DNA of 64,000 bases from an uncultured Ectothiorhodospiraceae bacterium (lineage in GTDB: Bacteria; Pseudomonadota; Gammaproteobacteria; S012-40): NCBI GenBank assembly GCA_945787715.1, contig CALZJE010000008.1, forward strand, positions 24,367 to 88,366. The letters are read 5' to 3'. Under the pieces are notes generated by a model. It did not search any database. It was not told the DNA's origin and saw nothing but the letters and a program-made list of their open reading frames with translations. Shown here in pieces: positions 29,579 through 41,001 of this stretch (positions are counted from its first letter, which is position 1; every line of letters begins with the position of its first letter). The position numbers were made by a program, and so were the translations under genes.

Positions 29579-31999
29579 GTGGTGGCAAAACATACGGGAA
29601 TTATCAGTATATCAGTGCTTTTTTTGGCGTTATTGTTGATAAGTTGTGTTCCTCAGGGCGATCTCAAACAAAAAGTCGATATTAACGTTATTGGAGGAAC
29701 TAACCTCGTTACAACGGAAGGCGGTTCTGAAACTTCTTTACTCATTTATCTCTCAACTGCACCGACCTCAGATGTTACATTTCCCTTTGAGAGTGGTGAC
29801 CCAACGGAAATCTTGTTAGGAAGCGACCAGTTACCGGCAGATCAACAAGGTAAAACCGTATTGTTAACATTTACACCAGAAAATTGGTCTAGCACTCAAA
29901 AATTGAAGCTTTATGGGCAGGACGATAAGGAGCTTGATGGCAATCAAGATATTACGGTGATTACTCATCCAGCACTTAGTAGCGATGTTAGGTATGAAGG
30001 ATTAGATCCCGGTGATTATAAAGTAACAAATGAAGATGATGATGAGGCGGGTATTCTTTTTTCAGGTATTACCTTAACAGATATTTCGCTGACAGATCTT
30101 ACTCTTGCCGACCTTGAATTAGGACGGCTTACCTTAGCAGATATTTTCCTGACCGACATTAAACTCACTGATGCCACTCTGACTGACGGTAAACTAACTG
30201 ATCTTGCTCTTACTGACCTGAGTTTGGGAGACCTTGCGTTAGCAGATGGTTCTTTGGGAAAACGTACTTTGGCGCACCTAACGCTGGAAGATATTACTCA
30301 AGCAAACTATGCGCTGTCAGACCTTACATTAACAGAAACTGCCCTGACAAAGTTTGATTTAAAAACGCTCACATTGAAAGACCATGTTCTGAAAGAAATA
30401 GTATTGAAAAACCGAATTCTTATAGATGTCGCAGCATATGACATCGCTTTAAATGACATTGTTATGAAAGATATAGTGTTGACAACGATAGATAATTTGT
30501 CAACTTCCGAGAGTGGTGAAACGACTGTGTTTAATGCCACGTTGAATACAAAACCTAAAGGAAATGTTGAATTTGATCTAATTATTCAATATGCAAGCGA
30601 GGGATTACTATCATTAAGCTCTTCTGTTAGTAGTGCAGTCAATGAATTAACAATGACGTTCACAGAAGCAAACTGGAATGTTCCACAGGCAATAAATGTA
30701 TTTGGTCAAGATGACTTCCGAGTTGATGGTGATCTAAGGCATGCCATAATCACATCACTACTCAGAAGTAGTGACTCTGATTATAATGACGTAGAGCCGT
30801 TGAATGTGACTGTCCAAAATATTGATGATGATATTGCTTCTTATACGGTATGTCCTAGCATGCCAATAGAGATAAGTGAATTTGAAAAAGTCTGTAATGA
30901 TAAATCATCACCTTTAATAATTTCCAATGAGGGCGTGAATACTTTTTATCTTTACCTTGATAGCATGCCTGCTCAATATTTGGAAATACCGATAACATCA
31001 AGTGATACTCAAATTGGTAAACTAAAATTGGCTGGAGATACAGCAGTATCCAAAGGCTCAGTATCTGTTGAATTTCCTCTCTCGGACTGGAATACACCAC
31101 AACCTGTTTCAATAATCAGGCAAGGTGAAGCATCGAATGACAGCGTATCGGAATTTTCTATCATATTTCATCCTGTTTTAACCAAAGACCAAAAATTTCA
31201 GAGAATAGTACAACCTGACCTTGAGGTTATTAATCTTGGAGATGCTCCAGGTGTATTTATTAATCCGATAAAAGATTTGATTACTTCAGAAGATGGTCAA
31301 GACGCTGAGTTCACCATACGTTTAACATCGGAGCCACAGTCTCCGGTTGAATTTTTACTAACTTCTGAAAAACCTGAAGAGGGATTGTTAATCGGTGGCG
31401 ATTCAGCAAATACTGAGGCGGCTGAAATAGAGATAGAATTCACACCTGATAATTGGTCAACGCAACAGCTCATCACTGTTAAAGGCCAGAATGATGACCT
31501 TGAGGATGGCAACCAGACGTATACAATTATTTCTCAAACAGTGACAAGTGACGATAGTGATTTTGGTGGATTAGTCCCGATAAATCCGGAAAATATTATT
31601 GTCACAAATATTGACGATGACAGCCCAGATTTTATATTCACCCCCATCTCATCGCTAGAAACCTCAGATTCTGGGAAAATAGCACAATTTTCATATTCGT
31701 TAACTACCCAACCTGATGCTGATGTTGTTGTAGATGTTTCTGTAAGTGATTCGTCTGAAGGGCAGCTATTGAAAAATTTAAGCAATAAGCATTCTTTTAA
31801 GTTAACAATGATATTTACACCGGTTAATTGGTCAATTCCTCAAGTTGTGTATGTCACTGGTATTGGTGATGATATTCTTGATGGCGATCAGCCCAATAAT
31901 ATTTCTATTGCTGTGAACAATACTTTAACCATGGATACGACCGGGTATGCAGATGTTAAATCAACGATTACAGTGACTAATATAGATGATGATTATTGA
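29579..31999 (+). CDS. Large lipoprotein with pentapeptide repeats and four Calx-beta-like domains
   Basis: Lipobox LLISC. A run of about 45 pentapeptide units (LTDISLTDLTLADLELGRLTLADIFLTDIKLTD...). Four repeated modules end in DGNQ...V(T)N(I)DDD. Confidence 0.6.
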   Translation: MVAKHTGIISISVLFLALLLISCVPQGDLKQKVDINVIGGTNLVTTEGGSETSLLIYLSTAPTSDVTFPFESGDPTEILLGSDQLPADQQGKTVLLTFTPENWSSTQKLKLYGQDDKELDGNQDITVITHPALSSDVRYEGLDPGDYKVTNEDDDEAGILFSGITLTDISLTDLTLADLELGRLTLADIFLTDIKLTDATLTDGKLTDLALTDLSLGDLALADGSLGKRTLAHLTLEDITQANYALSDLTLTETALTKFDLKTLTLKDHVLKEIVLKNRILIDVAAYDIALNDIVMKDIVLTTIDNLSTSESGETTVFNATLNTKPKGNVEFDLIIQYASEGLLSLSSSVSSAVNELTMTFTEANWNVPQAINVFGQDDFRVDGDLRHAIITSLLRSSDSDYNDVEPLNVTVQNIDDDIASYTVCPSMPIEISEFEKVCNDKSSPLIISNEGVNTFYLYLDSMPAQYLEIPITSSDTQIGKLKLAGDTAVSKGSVSVEFPLSDWNTPQPVSIIRQGEASNDSVSEFSIIFHPVLTKDQKFQRIVQPDLEVINLGDAPGVFINPIKDLITSEDGQDAEFTIRLTSEPQSPVEFLLTSEKPEEGLLIGGDSANTEAAEIEIEFTPDNWSTQQLITVKGQNDDLEDGNQTYTIISQTVTSDDSDFGGLVPINPENIIVTNIDDDSPDFIFTPISSLETSDSGKIAQFSYSLTTQPDADVVVDVSVSDSSEGQLLKNLSNKHSFKLTMIFTPVNWSIPQVVYVTGIGDDILDGDQPNNISIAVNNTLTMDTTGYADVKSTITVTNIDDDY

Positions 32000-32150
32000 T
32001 GGCTTGTTTCAGGCATCGAGTTGATCGTAATACATATTTAAAACTTTGTACTCATAAACTAATCTACTAGAGAGCTAAGCAAGACTATGAATGTATGGTG
32101 TAAATCTATTAAAAAAATCATAATACATTCGCAGTAAGCGCAATATCGTT

Positions 32151-32789
32151 ATGACTAAAAAAAATAGTGCAGACACAGTCGTGGTACTGGATTTTGAAAC
32201 AACCGGAATGTCTCCATCCATGGGAGATAGGCCAATTGAGGTTGGTGCGGTAAAAATTTCACAAGGCATTATTATTGAACGATTTCAGCAGTTGATGAAT
32301 CCTGGTTGTTTTGTTGACTCCTTTATCGAAGATTTCACAGGGATTACAAATAAGATGTTGAGAGATGCACCACCTTGTTATGAGGTAATGGAATCGTTTG
32401 CTCATTTTATCGAAGGTTACAATCTCGTTGCGCACAATGCATCTTTTGATAAACGTTTTTTAGATGCTGAATTTGAGAGAATTGGATGTCACTATTCAGG
32501 CCTGTTTTCCTGTTCAATGTTAGTTTCGAGAAGGCTCTACCAGAATGCATTTAATCATAAGCTTCATACTTTAGTTGAGTATAAGAATATTCCAACAGAT
32601 GGGGTATTCCATAGAGCACTTGCAGATGCGGAAATGACAGGCTTACTATGGGTAGCTATGCTAGAAGATATTGTTAATCAGTATGGAATTTACGAAGTTC
32701 CCTTTTCATTGATGAATAAGTTATCTCGAACGCCTAAGGCTACAGTGAATAAATTGTTATTTGAATATAGCATTGAGAATTCCAATTAG
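32151..32789 (+). CDS. DnaQ-like 3'-5' exonuclease (DEDDh family)
   Basis: VVLDFETTGMS Exo I motif, and HNASFDKRFL and HRALADAEMT Exo II/III motifs. Confidence 0.8.
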   Translation: MTKKNSADTVVVLDFETTGMSPSMGDRPIEVGAVKISQGIIIERFQQLMNPGCFVDSFIEDFTGITNKMLRDAPPCYEVMESFAHFIEGYNLVAHNASFDKRFLDAEFERIGCHYSGLFSCSMLVSRRLYQNAFNHKLHTLVEYKNIPTDGVFHRALADAEMTGLLWVAMLEDIVNQYGIYEVPFSLMNKLSRTPKATVNKLLFEYSIENSN

Positions 32790-32797
32790 GATTAACG

Positions 32798-33280
32798 ATG
32801 AAAGATAAAAAAATTATTGAACTTATTTGCGAAAAACTTCGAGAGGACCTCGCCGTTGCCTTAGATGCAGCTAAATTTGCTCATGAAACAGCGGCAGATG
32901 AAGAGAATATTCCAGACAATAAATATGATACTTTGAGTTTGGAAGCTGCATATTTAGCAGAAGGAGAAGCCAAGCGAGTAGAGGAAATTGAAGCGGCGTT
33001 AAAAGCTTATGAAGCTGTCGTATTAAGCGAATCTACTGGTCATCAAGAAGTAACACTATTTTCACTAGTAAGATTGGATAATAATAGTGGCGATCACATT
33101 ACGATATTTCTAGGGCATGAAGCAGGTGGAGTTAAAATTCGTTATATGAATGAGCCGGTGACTGTTGTTACCACGAAATCTCCATTGGGTAGTGTAATAT
33201 TAGGTACGAAAGTTGGGGATGTTGTAGAGATAAAGATAAATGATAAAATTACTGATTATGAAGTCATGTCTATTACTTAG
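32798..33280 (+). CDS. GreA/GreB family transcription elongation factor homologue
   Basis: 160 aa. Helical N-terminus followed by a C-terminal FKBP-like block (SPLGSVILGTKVGDVVEIKIND...YEVMSI) matching the GreA C-terminal domain. Confidence 0.6.
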   Translation: MKDKKIIELICEKLREDLAVALDAAKFAHETAADEENIPDNKYDTLSLEAAYLAEGEAKRVEEIEAALKAYEAVVLSESTGHQEVTLFSLVRLDNNSGDHITIFLGHEAGGVKIRYMNEPVTVVTTKSPLGSVILGTKVGDVVEIKINDKITDYEVMSIT

Positions 33281-33478
33281 ATTGTTGTCGGAGAATAGGA
33301 GCCGAAAGCATCCTATAAACTTTATTCCGAGCGATAATCAATAACAAGTTGATTTGTAGGATTGGACTCGTGTTGCCTGTTATTCCATTTCCAAATGTAT
33401 GTTTGCCATTAGTCGACATTGAAAAATAGCCAACAGTAAGTAAACTTAGGGTTTGAAATAGGAAATATTTGCAAAAAA

Positions 33479-34048
33479 ATGAACAATCAAAATAAGCTAC
33501 TCATTGGTGTTGTTACCGTTTCTGATCGGGCCAGTCACGGTGAATATGAAGATAGGGGAGGGCCAGCGATAGTGAGCTGGTTCGATAAAGCCCTGGTTAC
33601 TCCGTGGCATGCGGTTAAGCGATTGATACCTGACGAGCAACCGTTGATAGAAGAAACATTAAAGCAGTTGGCTGATGAAGAAAATTGTCATCTCATTGTT
33701 ACCACAGGAGGGACGGGGCCAGCACCGCGAGATGTGACTCCTGACGCCACCGAAGCCATTTGTGAGAAAATGATGCCTGGATTTGGTGAGTTGATGCGCG
33801 CGGAATCATTAAAAGTGGTTCCCACGGCTATTCTTTCCCGCCAGACTGCAGGAATTTATCACCAAAGTCTGATTGTTAACCTACCTGGAAAACCCTCCGC
33901 AATTGATGATTGCTTAAATGCTGTATTTCCCGCCATACCCTACTGCATTGATCTTTTAGACGGCACATTTATTGAAACAAATGAGCATGTTATTAAAGCA
34001 TTTCGACCAAAACATGCGTTGATGAAGCGTGATGGTAGTTTGAAATAA
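33479..34048 (+). CDS. mogA: Molybdopterin adenylyltransferase MogA/MoaB family
   Basis: LIVTTGGTGPAPRDVTPDAT motif. Confidence 0.85.
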   Translation: MNNQNKLLIGVVTVSDRASHGEYEDRGGPAIVSWFDKALVTPWHAVKRLIPDEQPLIEETLKQLADEENCHLIVTTGGTGPAPRDVTPDATEAICEKMMPGFGELMRAESLKVVPTAILSRQTAGIYHQSLIVNLPGKPSAIDDCLNAVFPAIPYCIDLLDGTFIETNEHVIKAFRPKHALMKRDGSLK

Positions 34049-34143
34049 TTATCTGACTTTAATCATAGTCTACGCAAAATATCCTCAATATATTATCGTT
34101 AGTCATTGATATAACGGTAAAGCATGATCTTTCGAGTGGATAT

Positions 34144-37100
34144 ATGAAACCTGTTGTTTCTCTGTGGTTTTTACTGAGTTTATTTCCACTATTGCTTGGT
34201 GGTTGTAGTGATCTATTGGGATATGGTTCTTCTGGAAAGAAAACTCAAGCTGACATTTCGCTAGATTTTAATGTGAACGAGGCAAAAACGGTTTTTATTC
34301 TCAATGAATTTACACCGCCAGACAATGATTCTAATCCAACATTTGTTTCAAGTCGACTTTATGCTGTAGATCACTCAGATGAAGTTTATCTGGCGCAAGC
34401 AGGCAGTGAGCCCCTTCCTTTAGTATTCACCACAGTGAATCCCGATGCTAACTATCTCTATGCGGCAATCGATTTGAGCCAGCTTAAGAGCAATGGTAGT
34501 GTTTATCGATTAATTGAGAAAAATAATTGTACAGTTTATAAAGTGTCGTTACAGGATAATTCAACTACCTGTGCGTTACAAGGTATTGCAATTGATCAAT
34601 ATGATACTAATCAATGGGAATTGATTGCTTCGAATGTTAAGCCGGTTCAATTTGATGATCACGGTGGTATCTATTTCTTAGGTAGATCTTTCGTTCTGGA
34701 ATGTTTTACAACCCTAAATTCAACCCGTTATAGTAATGGTGATAAAGTATGTGCAGATAATCAGCAAGACATTAAATATGGTGATTATTCCATGATTTAT
34801 CATGTTTCTATAGAAGGTGCTGTAGAAACTATCGCCAAAACGGATGAGACAATCACATCCTTTATTGTTTTCCCAAAAGGGGAGATAGCATATGTTTCGC
34901 TAAACTCCCAAACCGAAACTCTAAATTTAAAAACTAAAAATGGAATAATAGAAGTCAATAAAAAGCTGGGTAGCATTTCGAATTTCTCCATCTTCAACGA
35001 TCAAACAATGTTATGGAATACGACAGAGGTCGTTCATTGGAGTGATTTAGATGTGAGCTTTTCCTCAATTAATACACATCTTGTTCCTGAAGGTGAAGTT
35101 GCCATGGACCACGGACGTGTATATGTGAAAAGTGATGATTTGCTATTTCAACTATTACCACCCCAGGTAAAAGCAAAATCTTCTTTTTTATCGCCAAATA
35201 ATGTACCTGCGCTCGTTTCTCATGGCTATGCCATATATCTCAGAGAATTAGTAGAAAGTGAACTATTGAAACATCATATTGTTCTTTACGATATTGAAAA
35301 AAATAGCGAGACTCTATTGTTGGTCGATAAAAGCTGGCATGTAAATCAGTGGAGTATGGATGGAGGAAGATTAATATTTTCTGCCATAGATCAATTGAAT
35401 AATTCAATTGTTATCGGGGAAGTTTCGATGCTCAATCTGAATAAAACCGGAGACGAAAGTGATTTTCTGAAATCGAGTGTTATCTCTGATATGGGGAAAA
35501 ATCAGTTTTTGGTAGTCGATTTTGAATCGATAGCGAGTGTTGGGGAACCAAAGCTAAATCCAAAGTTACATCCAGAATTAAGTAGTGAAGCTCCTTATAT
35601 CTCTGAAATTCACATGTTGGCTGATAATCGAAATTCTATCAGTATAGATTTTTCACAATCTATGAATCCAACTTCGATTATTGAGAATCTTTCCCTTCAA
35701 GGCTCAACATTGTCAAACATAAACTATCTTCCATTATGGCAGGGGAATACACTTCATCTTATTATCGATACTGATGGTTTTACTAATAATGAGCTCGTGT
35801 TTCAGAATGATGAGTTTAAAGTCGTTAACCAACAACAACTTTTACCGGTCCAAGAACTAATGTTGAGTGTTAACGCTGCAGCACTTGCGGAAAATGGACA
35901 TAGTCTTGGGGGTTATATTGATATTGCCAACTATCCTCTCAATAAAACGTTTACAACAATTTCGGATGGCAAAACATACCTGGCAAATGCCGAGAAATTT
36001 AATCGAGAAATTGGTGATACTCCGTCTTCTTTGGTGGAAGGCGCAGTTTTGGCGCATGCGCCTTGTGTGAGTACTTGCAGCGAAAGTGAATATGATCTTG
36101 GGATTTTAGAAAAAGGAAATATTCGTCATGAGTTTTCTGTTAGTAGTAATAAATTTGAATTGACGCTTTGGAATAAAACAAAATACTCTGCATCTTATAA
36201 TGTTAATGATTCCCATGATCTACAAATTAAGTTTTTAGGCAATAAGATTATTATTTCGATAGGCGAACAAGAGGCAGAACTGGAATTAGCAGAAAACGAT
36301 TCTCGTTATTGGCTAAGTAAATCCAATATATGGCGTCGCTACCGCATCGATATGTATAATGAGAAACTTCAAATTTCTTACTCCATAGATAATAGTAACT
36401 ACACTGTTATTAATGAACTATTGTTAACCAATGTTCCGAATTATTCTACCTCAACCGATGAATATACTTGGCTGTTGAGTTTCTCAGGCGCGATAGATCA
36501 ATGGTCATCTTCTTCATTAACGATCAATAATACATTATTAAATTCTGCTGGTGACCTACTAAGTTTAACTTTCAATACTGATAGTGTTATACCAGGCGAT
36601 ACCGGGGAGGGTGATGAAATAGGATTTGACGATAATATTGCAGGTAGTTATCCCCTCACTGCCGGTCCAGGAAGCCCGGACGATTCTTTTGGGCTTAAAG
36701 GGGGAGTCTATTTTGGTGGTGTCACTGATTGGTTTGGTGATAGTAGTGCAATGACAATTGATGCGAGCGGACGTATTCTACTTGCGGCAAAAGTTATAAA
36801 CACTCAAGCCTTCGATATGGCCGTGTGGCGAATTACTGCAGATGGAGATCTTGATACAATGTTTGGTATTGATGGACTAACCACTCATCATAATGCTGCA
36901 GGTGGCAATAATCATGATGTTGCTGAAGCTGTTGTTGTTGATCCCAATTCAGGAATGATCTATGTAACGGGAGTGAGTTACAATGGTTTCGCTTATGATA
37001 TGACACTCTGGCGATTAACGGATGATGGTAAGTTAGATACTACATTTAATAATCAGGGGTATGTTACCTATACCACCACTGATACAGATAATAGTGGATA

Positions 37101-37896
37101 TGCAATAGCCATTGATTCAAACGGAAGAATAATTATTGCTGGTGAAAGCAGCTCTCGCCCAACGATTTGGGCTTATCTTCCTTCAGGCGACCTTGATACA
37201 TCATTCAATGGTACCGGCGTATTTTCGTATGGCAATACGTCAGGCAGATTGACCAGCGTAATTATTGATAATAACAATATTAGCAATGATAATAATATTA
37301 TTGTTACTGGCAATATGATTATTTCTGTAGGTGATACAGATATGCTGTTATTAAAGGTCTCTCAGCATGGTACTGAGATTTTTGGGAAGTTATATGATGG
37401 GGTGAACAATGGCGTGGAAAACAACGAAGGGAATGCAACCTACGGAGTTTCAGTCCAGTTGGATTACATGCAGAATTATGTCGTATTTGGATACGAATTA
37501 AACCTAACCGGTTATGATCTTGTTATGTGGCGGTTAGATGAGAATGGAATTCCAGATTCTGATTTTGCATCTGGAAGTGCGACTGAAGGTAGAATCCATT
37601 ATGATAGTAGTGACAATGATTTTGCATATTCGATGGCTATTGACAGAGATGGAAAAATTTATTTATTAGCGAGCTCGAGCACTCAGAATACTGGTCTCTA
37701 TGTTATTCGCTATGACATGGACGGTAATTATGATAATACCTTTGATGCTGATGGTGTGCTTTATCGAACGGGTTATAGCGGAAGAATTTTAACTCATATT
37801 GATGATAACAATGAAGAGAAAGTTTATGTAAGCGGGATGCGTGTTCTTGCCGACGGATTTGAAGGTGAGAGAGGTGTCTGGAGGATTAATCCTTAA
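34144..37896 (+). CDS. Giant lipoprotein with a C-terminal delta-60/beta-propeller repeat region
   Basis: Lipobox LLGGC. About 1250 aa. The C-terminal third has repeated WRLxxDGxLDTxF...G motifs typical of delta-60 repeats. Confidence 0.55.
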   Translation: MKPVVSLWFLLSLFPLLLGGCSDLLGYGSSGKKTQADISLDFNVNEAKTVFILNEFTPPDNDSNPTFVSSRLYAVDHSDEVYLAQAGSEPLPLVFTTVNPDANYLYAAIDLSQLKSNGSVYRLIEKNNCTVYKVSLQDNSTTCALQGIAIDQYDTNQWELIASNVKPVQFDDHGGIYFLGRSFVLECFTTLNSTRYSNGDKVCADNQQDIKYGDYSMIYHVSIEGAVETIAKTDETITSFIVFPKGEIAYVSLNSQTETLNLKTKNGIIEVNKKLGSISNFSIFNDQTMLWNTTEVVHWSDLDVSFSSINTHLVPEGEVAMDHGRVYVKSDDLLFQLLPPQVKAKSSFLSPNNVPALVSHGYAIYLRELVESELLKHHIVLYDIEKNSETLLLVDKSWHVNQWSMDGGRLIFSAIDQLNNSIVIGEVSMLNLNKTGDESDFLKSSVISDMGKNQFLVVDFESIASVGEPKLNPKLHPELSSEAPYISEIHMLADNRNSISIDFSQSMNPTSIIENLSLQGSTLSNINYLPLWQGNTLHLIIDTDGFTNNELVFQNDEFKVVNQQQLLPVQELMLSVNAAALAENGHSLGGYIDIANYPLNKTFTTISDGKTYLANAEKFNREIGDTPSSLVEGAVLAHAPCVSTCSESEYDLGILEKGNIRHEFSVSSNKFELTLWNKTKYSASYNVNDSHDLQIKFLGNKIIISIGEQEAELELAENDSRYWLSKSNIWRRYRIDMYNEKLQISYSIDNSNYTVINELLLTNVPNYSTSTDEYTWLLSFSGAIDQWSSSSLTINNTLLNSAGDLLSLTFNTDSVIPGDTGEGDEIGFDDNIAGSYPLTAGPGSPDDSFGLKGGVYFGGVTDWFGDSSAMTIDASGRILLAAKVINTQAFDMAVWRITADGDLDTMFGIDGLTTHHNAAGGNNHDVAEAVVVDPNSGMIYVTGVSYNGFAYDMTLWRLTDDGKLDTTFNNQGYVTYTTTDTDNSGYAIAIDSNGRIIIAGESSSRPTIWAYLPSGDLDTSFNGTGVFSYGNTSGRLTSVIIDNNNISNDNNIIVTGNMIISVGDTDMLLLKVSQHGTEIFGKLYDGVNNGVENNEGNATYGVSVQLDYMQNYVVFGYELNLTGYDLVMWRLDENGIPDSDFASGSATEGRIHYDSSDNDFAYSMAIDRDGKIYLLASSSTQNTGLYVIRYDMDGNYDNTFDADGVLYRTGYSGRILTHIDDNNEEKVYVSGMRVLADGFEGERGVWRINP

Positions 37897-37948
37897 TTAA
37901 AGGAATACGCGCGAGGCATTCACAACCTCACGCATATGTATTGCTAAT

Positions 37949-39910
37949 CTATGACTTCCCTTGAAGCTGATCCAGAATCGCTTCGTTTTCCAGTGTCGAT
38001 GTGTCTTGTGTAATTTCGTCACCACGCGCAATGACTTTCAATAAACGGCGCATAATTTTACCAGATCGTGTTTTTGGTAAATTATCAGCGTAACGAATAT
38101 CGTCAGGTTTGGCAATTGCACCAATCTGCTCACCAACCCAGCTGCGCAATTCTTTTGTTAATTCTTCGTTAATACCACTTTCTGGTCGTTCTTCTCGTAA
38201 CACAACATATGCAAAAATTGCCTCGCCTTTTACTTCATGAGGGCGACCAACAACAGCAGCTTCAGCAACACGTGGATGTGCAACCAATGCGGATTCAATC
38301 TCCATAGTCCCCAATCGATGTCCGGAAACATTTAGAACATCATCGGTGCGGCCCATAATCCAGAAATATCCATCTTCATCTTTACGGACGTTATCACCTG
38401 CCACATAGTATTTGTTATCGAACTCAGCCCAGTACGTTTTTTGGTAGCGGTCATCGTCACCCCAAACAGTCCGCACCATAGAGGGCCACGGTTTCTTGAT
38501 GACAAGAAATCCACCTTTATTGGGTTCGTCAATAATGTTTCCGTCATTATCAACAATATCAGCAGCAATGCCAGGGAGTGGAAGAGTGCAGGAGCCAGGC
38601 TTAGTAGCCATTGCACCTGGAATCGGTGCAATCATGTGTGCACCGGTTTCGGTTTGCCACCATGTATCTACAATTGGACATTTTTCTTTTCCAATCGTGC
38701 GGTGATACCACATCCATGCTTCAGGGTTGATTGGTTCACCCACCGTGCCTAATAACCGTAGCGAAGAGAGATTGTATGCATTAGGGAAATCATCTCCGGC
38801 TTTCATTAGCGCACGAATTGCGGTTGGCGCGGTGTAGAAGATTGTGACTTTGTGATCCTGGCAAACTTTCCAGAAGCGCCCCGCGTCGGGAACAGTAGGC
38901 GCACCCTCAAACATCAACATGGTTGCTCCTGTCGCTAGCGGGCCATATGCAACATAACTATGGCCGGTAATCCAGCCAACGTCTGCGGTACACCAGAAAA
39001 CGTCATTGTCTTGAATATCAAATACCCATTGCATGGTCACAATGCTGTTTAGCAGATAGCCGCCAGAAGAGTGTTGAATTCCTTTGGGTTTGCCTGTAGA
39101 GCCCGATGTGTAGAGAATAAACAAAGGGTGCTCGCTGTTAACCCATTCAGGTTCACAGCTCTCAGGCATTCCCTCTATCGCATCATTCCAAAATATATCT
39201 CGGCCGGTCTGCATCGTCACGTCGGTGTTTGTTCGTTGGTATACAATAACTTTTTCTACCGAAGCACAGCCTTTATCAAGAGCGGCATCAGCCGCTTTTT
39301 TCAAATCAATGACACCACCACCACGATTTCCACCATCAGCAGTAATGACAATTTTTGCTGCTGTGTCTTCAATTCTATCTTTTAATGATTCTGCTGAAAA
39401 TCCACCAAAAACGACTGAGTGAATGGCGCCGATTCGCGCACAGGCTTGCATGGCAATAACCGCTTCAGGAATCATAGGCATATAGATGATTACTCGATCG
39501 CCTTTTTTCACGCCCTGGTTTTTTAAAGCATTAGCAAAAACACAAACATTTTTATGCAGCTCAGAATAAGTTATATGTGTCGTATCACCTGGCTCACCTT
39601 CAAAAATAATGGCGGTTTTATCGCCGCGAGTACTTAAGTGGCGATCTAAACAATTATAAGAGACGTTTAATTCACCATCATCATACCAACTATAGTGTGG
39701 GGCACGATTGCTATTAAGAAGAGCGGCGAAGGGTTTGTGCCAGCTGATATGCTCTTTTGCGAGATCACCCCAAAAACCTTCGTGGTCTTCAGCAGCTGCT
39801 TTTCTTAAAATAGCGAGCTTTTCAGCATTAACAGTCGCTTTTGTAATAAAATCAGATGAAGCAGTGAACGTACGTTTTTCGTTCAAAGTGGAATCGATTG
39901 TTGTGCTCAT
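37949..39910 (-). CDS. acs: Acetyl-coenzyme A synthetase
   Basis: 653 aa. Acyl-CoA synthetase motifs ([11 protein letters not shown]; the conserved C-terminal Lys region SGKIMRR). Confidence 0.95.
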   Translation of the reverse strand: MSTTIDSTLNEKRTFTASSDFITKATVNAEKLAILRKAAAEDHEGFWGDLAKEHISWHKPFAALLNSNRAPHYSWYDDGELNVSYNCLDRHLSTRGDKTAIIFEGEPGDTTHITYSELHKNVCVFANALKNQGVKKGDRVIIYMPMIPEAVIAMQACARIGAIHSVVFGGFSAESLKDRIEDTAAKIVITADGGNRGGGVIDLKKAADAALDKGCASVEKVIVYQRTNTDVTMQTGRDIFWNDAIEGMPESCEPEWVNSEHPLFILYTSGSTGKPKGIQHSSGGYLLNSIVTMQWVFDIQDNDVFWCTADVGWITGHSYVAYGPLATGATMLMFEGAPTVPDAGRFWKVCQDHKVTIFYTAPTAIRALMKAGDDFPNAYNLSSLRLLGTVGEPINPEAWMWYHRTIGKEKCPIVDTWWQTETGAHMIAPIPGAMATKPGSCTLPLPGIAADIVDNDGNIIDEPNKGGFLVIKKPWPSMVRTVWGDDDRYQKTYWAEFDNKYYVAGDNVRKDEDGYFWIMGRTDDVLNVSGHRLGTMEIESALVAHPRVAEAAVVGRPHEVKGEAIFAYVVLREERPESGINEELTKELRSWVGEQIGAIAKPDDIRYADNLPKTRSGKIMRRLLKVIARGDEITQDTSTLENEAILDQLQGKS

Positions 39911-40349
39911 TATTTCCTCCCTTTGTAAATTGGATTTATTGAAAGAGTATAACTCTTAAGAGAATTCTCGTTGAAATTTATTGTGAACTCCTTGGGTAAT
40001 TTTGCTTTGCCATGTTGTTCAGGAAACCTCATAGCTAAAGTATGTTAGGGAATGTTCAAATACCCAGCATACACACTGTTTTTTCTCTTCATGGTCATTG
40101 CCAATTTGGAGCGCTTTTTTTGTGAGAAGACTATTTTTCATATAAACATGTCAGAGGGAAAAATAAGGTGTAAGGTTGTTTGTTTTGCCACCATTATTTA
40201 TTTAATAGTTTTAAAAAGTTAATCCGATTTATACAATTCTTATTATATTTTAGCTCAAATATAAGACTTAGAATTAAATTATTTTTAGTGCTTGCTCAAC
40301 TTTCGAAGTTTCAGAATCCAACAACAATGTTTGATATAATTCTCATCTA

Positions 40350-41000
40350 ATGAAGTTAATGGGAATTTTCATGACAAGTTTTGATACATCCTGTAGAGAA
40401 TGTAAACGATTAGCCAAATTTTTAGATGAGGTTAGGGCAGAAAAACCCGATTATTTTGCTTTACCCGTTCCTCCTTTTGGGGCTAAAAAAGCAAAATTAT
40501 TAATTGTTGGTCTAGCGCCAGGAATGCATGGTGCAAATCGAACTGGCCGACCATTTACTGGCGATCACGCAGGTATTTTGCTGTATGAAACTTTGCATGA
40601 ATTTGGTTTTGCCAGCAAACCTGAATCTGTTTCTGCAACAGATGGATTGAAACTGATTAATTGTCGTATTACCAATGCGGTAAAATGTTTACCACCACAA
40701 AACAAACCTATCGGTGCTGAGATTAATCAATGTAACAAATATCTAGCCGAGGAAATGGAAGAGTTGCCCAAAGGCAGTGTCGTTTTAGCTCTCGGGAGTA
40801 TTGCGCATAATGCAACGTTAAAAGCATTAGGATTAAAGCTGAGCGCATTTAAATTTGGGCATAACGAATTGCATAAGCTTGAAAATGGTAAATATTTGTT
40901 GGATTCTTACCATTGTAGCCGTTACAACACTCAAACCAAGCGTTTAACGACGCCGATGTTTAAAGCGGTTTTTCGAAAAGCAAAAAAACTAGTCGATTAA
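40350..41000 (+). CDS. Uracil-DNA glycosylase, family 4 (4Fe-4S type)
   Basis: GLAPGMHGANRTGRPFTGDHAG motif plus an N-terminal Cys pair. Start may be a downstream ATG (40359 or 40371). Ends 2 nt before uvrC. Confidence 0.7.
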   Translation: MKLMGIFMTSFDTSCRECKRLAKFLDEVRAEKPDYFALPVPPFGAKKAKLLIVGLAPGMHGANRTGRPFTGDHAGILLYETLHEFGFASKPESVSATDGLKLINCRITNAVKCLPPQNKPIGAEINQCNKYLAEEMEELPKGSVVLALGSIAHNATLKALGLKLSAFKFGHNELHKLENGKYLLDSYHCSRYNTQTKRLTTPMFKAVFRKAKKLVD

Positions 41001-41001
41001 C

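Noticed and set aside
30050-30520. Apparent DNA periodicity that might suggest a CRISPR-like or satellite array
   Set aside because: The 15-nt periodicity is the coding signal of the pentapeptide-repeat region (imperfect, in-frame), not spacer/repeat architecture.
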